A DNA stretch of 64,000 nt. Origin: an uncultured cyanobacterium. Lineage in GTDB: Bacteria > Cyanobacteriota > Cyanobacteriia > Pseudanabaenales > Pseudanabaenaceae. Positions 62,269-64,000 of the stretch are shown in pieces. The stretch lies in assembly GCA_963703315.1 (NCBI GenBank), contig OY969811.1, forward strand, positions 960,001-1,024,000, given 5' to 3'. The position numbers were made by a program, and so were the translations under genes. Below the pieces are notes generated by a model, which was given only the letters and a program-made list of their open reading frames with translations, was not told the origin of the DNA and did no database searches. The first letter of the stretch is position 1. Each line of letters begins with the position of its first letter.

Positions 62269-62484
62269 TTAATCCTCTAAAAAAGCTAGAGCTTCTGCAT
62301 GGGAGTAAAGAGGAGTTTTTTTACCTTCATCCATTGCTTTATTGAGACAATAATCTTCTATAGCTTCGCTAAGGTCTTCTAGGGAGGCGTTATCAATGGG
62401 TAGGAGTTGTCTCCAAATTGCGATGGGGATGACAACGGCGGTTGTTTGTCCTTCTTTGTTAGTTAGATATTCAAGGTCTAGCAT
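62269..62484 (-). CDS. Putative antitoxin of the RelE toxin
   Basis: Small acidic ORF (Y.T...G...AVVIP...W) 1 nt upstream of the relE start. Confidence 0.7.
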   Translation of the reverse strand: MLDLEYLTNKEGQTTAVVIPIAIWRQLLPIDNASLEDLSEAIEDYCLNKAMDEGKKTPLYSHAEALAFLED

Positions 62485-62574
62485 GATTGACTCTCTTGTT
62501 GATGTTTTTGTGTAAACTTTCTTTTATTTTATAACTTTAGCTAAGGGCGATCGCTTAGTCATGTATTTACAAAA

Positions 62575-63033
62575 TTACGGGAATGGAAAGCCTCCATGTT
62601 TGGTAATAATTTGATCGATGTCGCTCATGATCTCGATGGTTTCTCCCAAGATGGAAATGATGTTTTGATAATGAAAGAGGTCGTCAAAGCTGAGTTCGCG
62701 TCCTCCCACATACCAGCGAAATTCTAAATGATCCGTTAAAATCAAATTCCCTAAAGCATTAAAATAACGCTGCATTTGGTTCTTCTTTTCCAAACTTTTT
62801 AGCGAAATTCCAATATCCTTAGCCTCAAGATGTCCAACCTCTAACGCCCCCTGTCCAATCCAAAAATCTGGCGCACCGCAAGCAATCTGCTTCGGCTCAT
62901 TCACCGCCAAAATATCATTACCAAAAGACTCAAGCAATCTCTTCAACGCAGGACGATAGGTATGCTCCGTTGCATTCCCCTTTTGATAAATCTGCGTCAC
63001 ATCTTGCAAATAAGCTTGAATTTGATTAGTCAT
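62575..63033 (-). pseudogene. Internally deleted type ISP/IIL-like restriction-modification gene
   Basis: N-terminal ATEH.YR..L, GAPDF, EAKD and LTD.LEFRWY joined directly to a C-terminal GRELSFDD..HYQ.I...L.ETI.IM..ID tail; no methyltransferase motifs. Confidence 0.65.
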
Positions 63034-63201
63034 TATGTTAGTTGTAGAACCACTCATATCAAAACCCTGCTTATCTTTAGCTCATATTCTAAAGCGGTGT
63101 CATTTATACTATGACCTAAACTCGAAATATATCATTCAAATCTAGTTTAGCCTTTCTACCTGACTATTTGCTGAATATAGCGATCGCTAATCTATTCATC
63201 A

Positions 63202-63318
63202 TCAATACCAAGCGATCGCCTGATCCCAAGGCTTATGTACTGCGCCAAACTCGTTACCCAGATAACGGGCAGGTTTGAGGATTTCGGAGTTAAGTAACTG
63301 TTCTACGGGTACGGGCAT
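63202..63318 (-). pseudogene. Truncated duplicate of the radical SAM gene 5' end (direct repeat copy 2, extends to ~63357)
   Basis: MPVPVEQLLNSEILKPARYLGNEFGAVHKPWDQAI, then diverges at HIP1 (63212-63219) and stops. Confidence 0.9.
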
Positions 63319-63381
63319 AGAGTTTCATCAATTTTTGAGCTATGTGTATTTTACATTTAGCGCGATCGCGATTAGTTATAA

Positions 63382-63525
63382 TCATCCCAATGCCAGATGT
63401 TTTTGCGTAAGTCCTGAATTTAATAACGGTAGCGTAAACGAAAAAGTACTACCTTTCCCAAGAGTACTCTCGACCCAAATTTTACCTTCATGTTGTTCAA
63501 CGATTTTACGACAGATGGTGAGCAA
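63382..63525 (-). pseudogene. C-terminal fragment of a histidine kinase HATPase_c domain
   Basis: [32 protein letters not shown], preceded in frame by a stop. Confidence 0.75.
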
Positions 63526-63693
63526 TCAGAAATCCCCATAACTGGTTGGATGAACTGGCTTCATTTTGTTGATGGGAATTCAGATTTTGCAGAATTGGCA
63601 CAATCATTTTGGGCTGATTTTTTTGCGCGATTTGGAACTCTTACGTTTAGACATGAATTGATTCTACGCTTACATCGCTTTGCGCTCAAATCC

Positions 63694-63730
63694 AAAACCG
63701 AAAGGGTTGCTTTGCAACCCTTTCGGTTTT
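63694..63730. terminator. Perfect 17-bp hairpin after pcyA
   Basis: GC-TTT-GC tip. Confidence 0.7.
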
Positions 63731-63731
63731 C

Positions 63732-64000
63732 TTATGCTATTGAGTCAAATAACATTGAAGTCATATAACGATCAGCCCATTCTTCACCAAAGGACTTTTC
63801 GAGAACTCGCCGAGTTTTATCGTTTTGTTGTTGCTTAGCGCAATAATATTGCTGACCTGCGATCGCATTGGCAACATCCGTTTCAGAAGTTAATGGCTCG
63901 ATGTTGTTAGCAATCTGACAATGAATAGTCAAAAAATCTTGAACTCTTTGCAAAAATGCTGCTTCTTCCTCGGCTCCTATAGGGCGAACAAATAAACAAA
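63732..64000 (-). CDS. pcyA: Phycocyanobilin:ferredoxin oxidoreductase, 3' part (runs off window)
   Basis: CLFVRP...YC.KQQQNDKTRRVLEK.FG..WA.RYM...LFD. Confidence 0.9.
   Translation of the reverse strand, partial: CLFVRPIGAEEEAAFLQRVQDFLTIHCQIANNIEPLTSETDVANAIAGQQYYCAKQQQNDKTRRVLEKSFGEEWADRYMTSMLFDSIA

Noticed and set aside
63275..63768. Two + strand ORFs (88 and 92 aa)
   Set aside because: Antisense to the radical SAM and kinase relics and a hairpin.

Overview
Cyanobacterial chromosomal window, AT-rich and saturated with the HIP1 octamer GCGATCGC; the gene style suggests a Pseudanabaena-like organism (inference). Most of it is core or housekeeping: rsmD, queA, menH, sigF, tRNA nucleotidyltransferase, ureDABC, dnaG, tgt, an FTR1/multicopper-oxidase iron-uptake trio, an FHA-PBP1A, HU, crtE-folD, hypFCD, arsM, coaBC, murG, a TIGR03960-like radical SAM gene and the 3' end of pcyA. 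Accessory material: five Uma2 nucleases, a DUF262 (GmrSD-like) gene inside a 37-bp direct repeat with an AAC(3)-I relic, an AAA-ATPase plus partner pair, and a ~4.2-kb toxin-antitoxin/restriction island. The island holds Uma2, HEPN-MNT, a RelE disrupted by a complete ISAs1 element and a type ISP R-M relic, and is bracketed by two synonymously diverged copies of the radical SAM gene's 5' end. Two patterns are not explained by the gene list. (1) Three separate direct-repeat pairs each begin exactly at a HIP1 or HIP1-like site. (2) About 20 long, mostly perfect intergenic hairpins have unrelated arms but a shared C-(GNA/AAA)-G triloop tip, and some sit inside a ~100-bp MITE-like shell with an exchangeable central hairpin. 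No rRNA, tRNA or CRISPR array was seen. All calls come from reading the sequence and recognising motifs; no searches were run.
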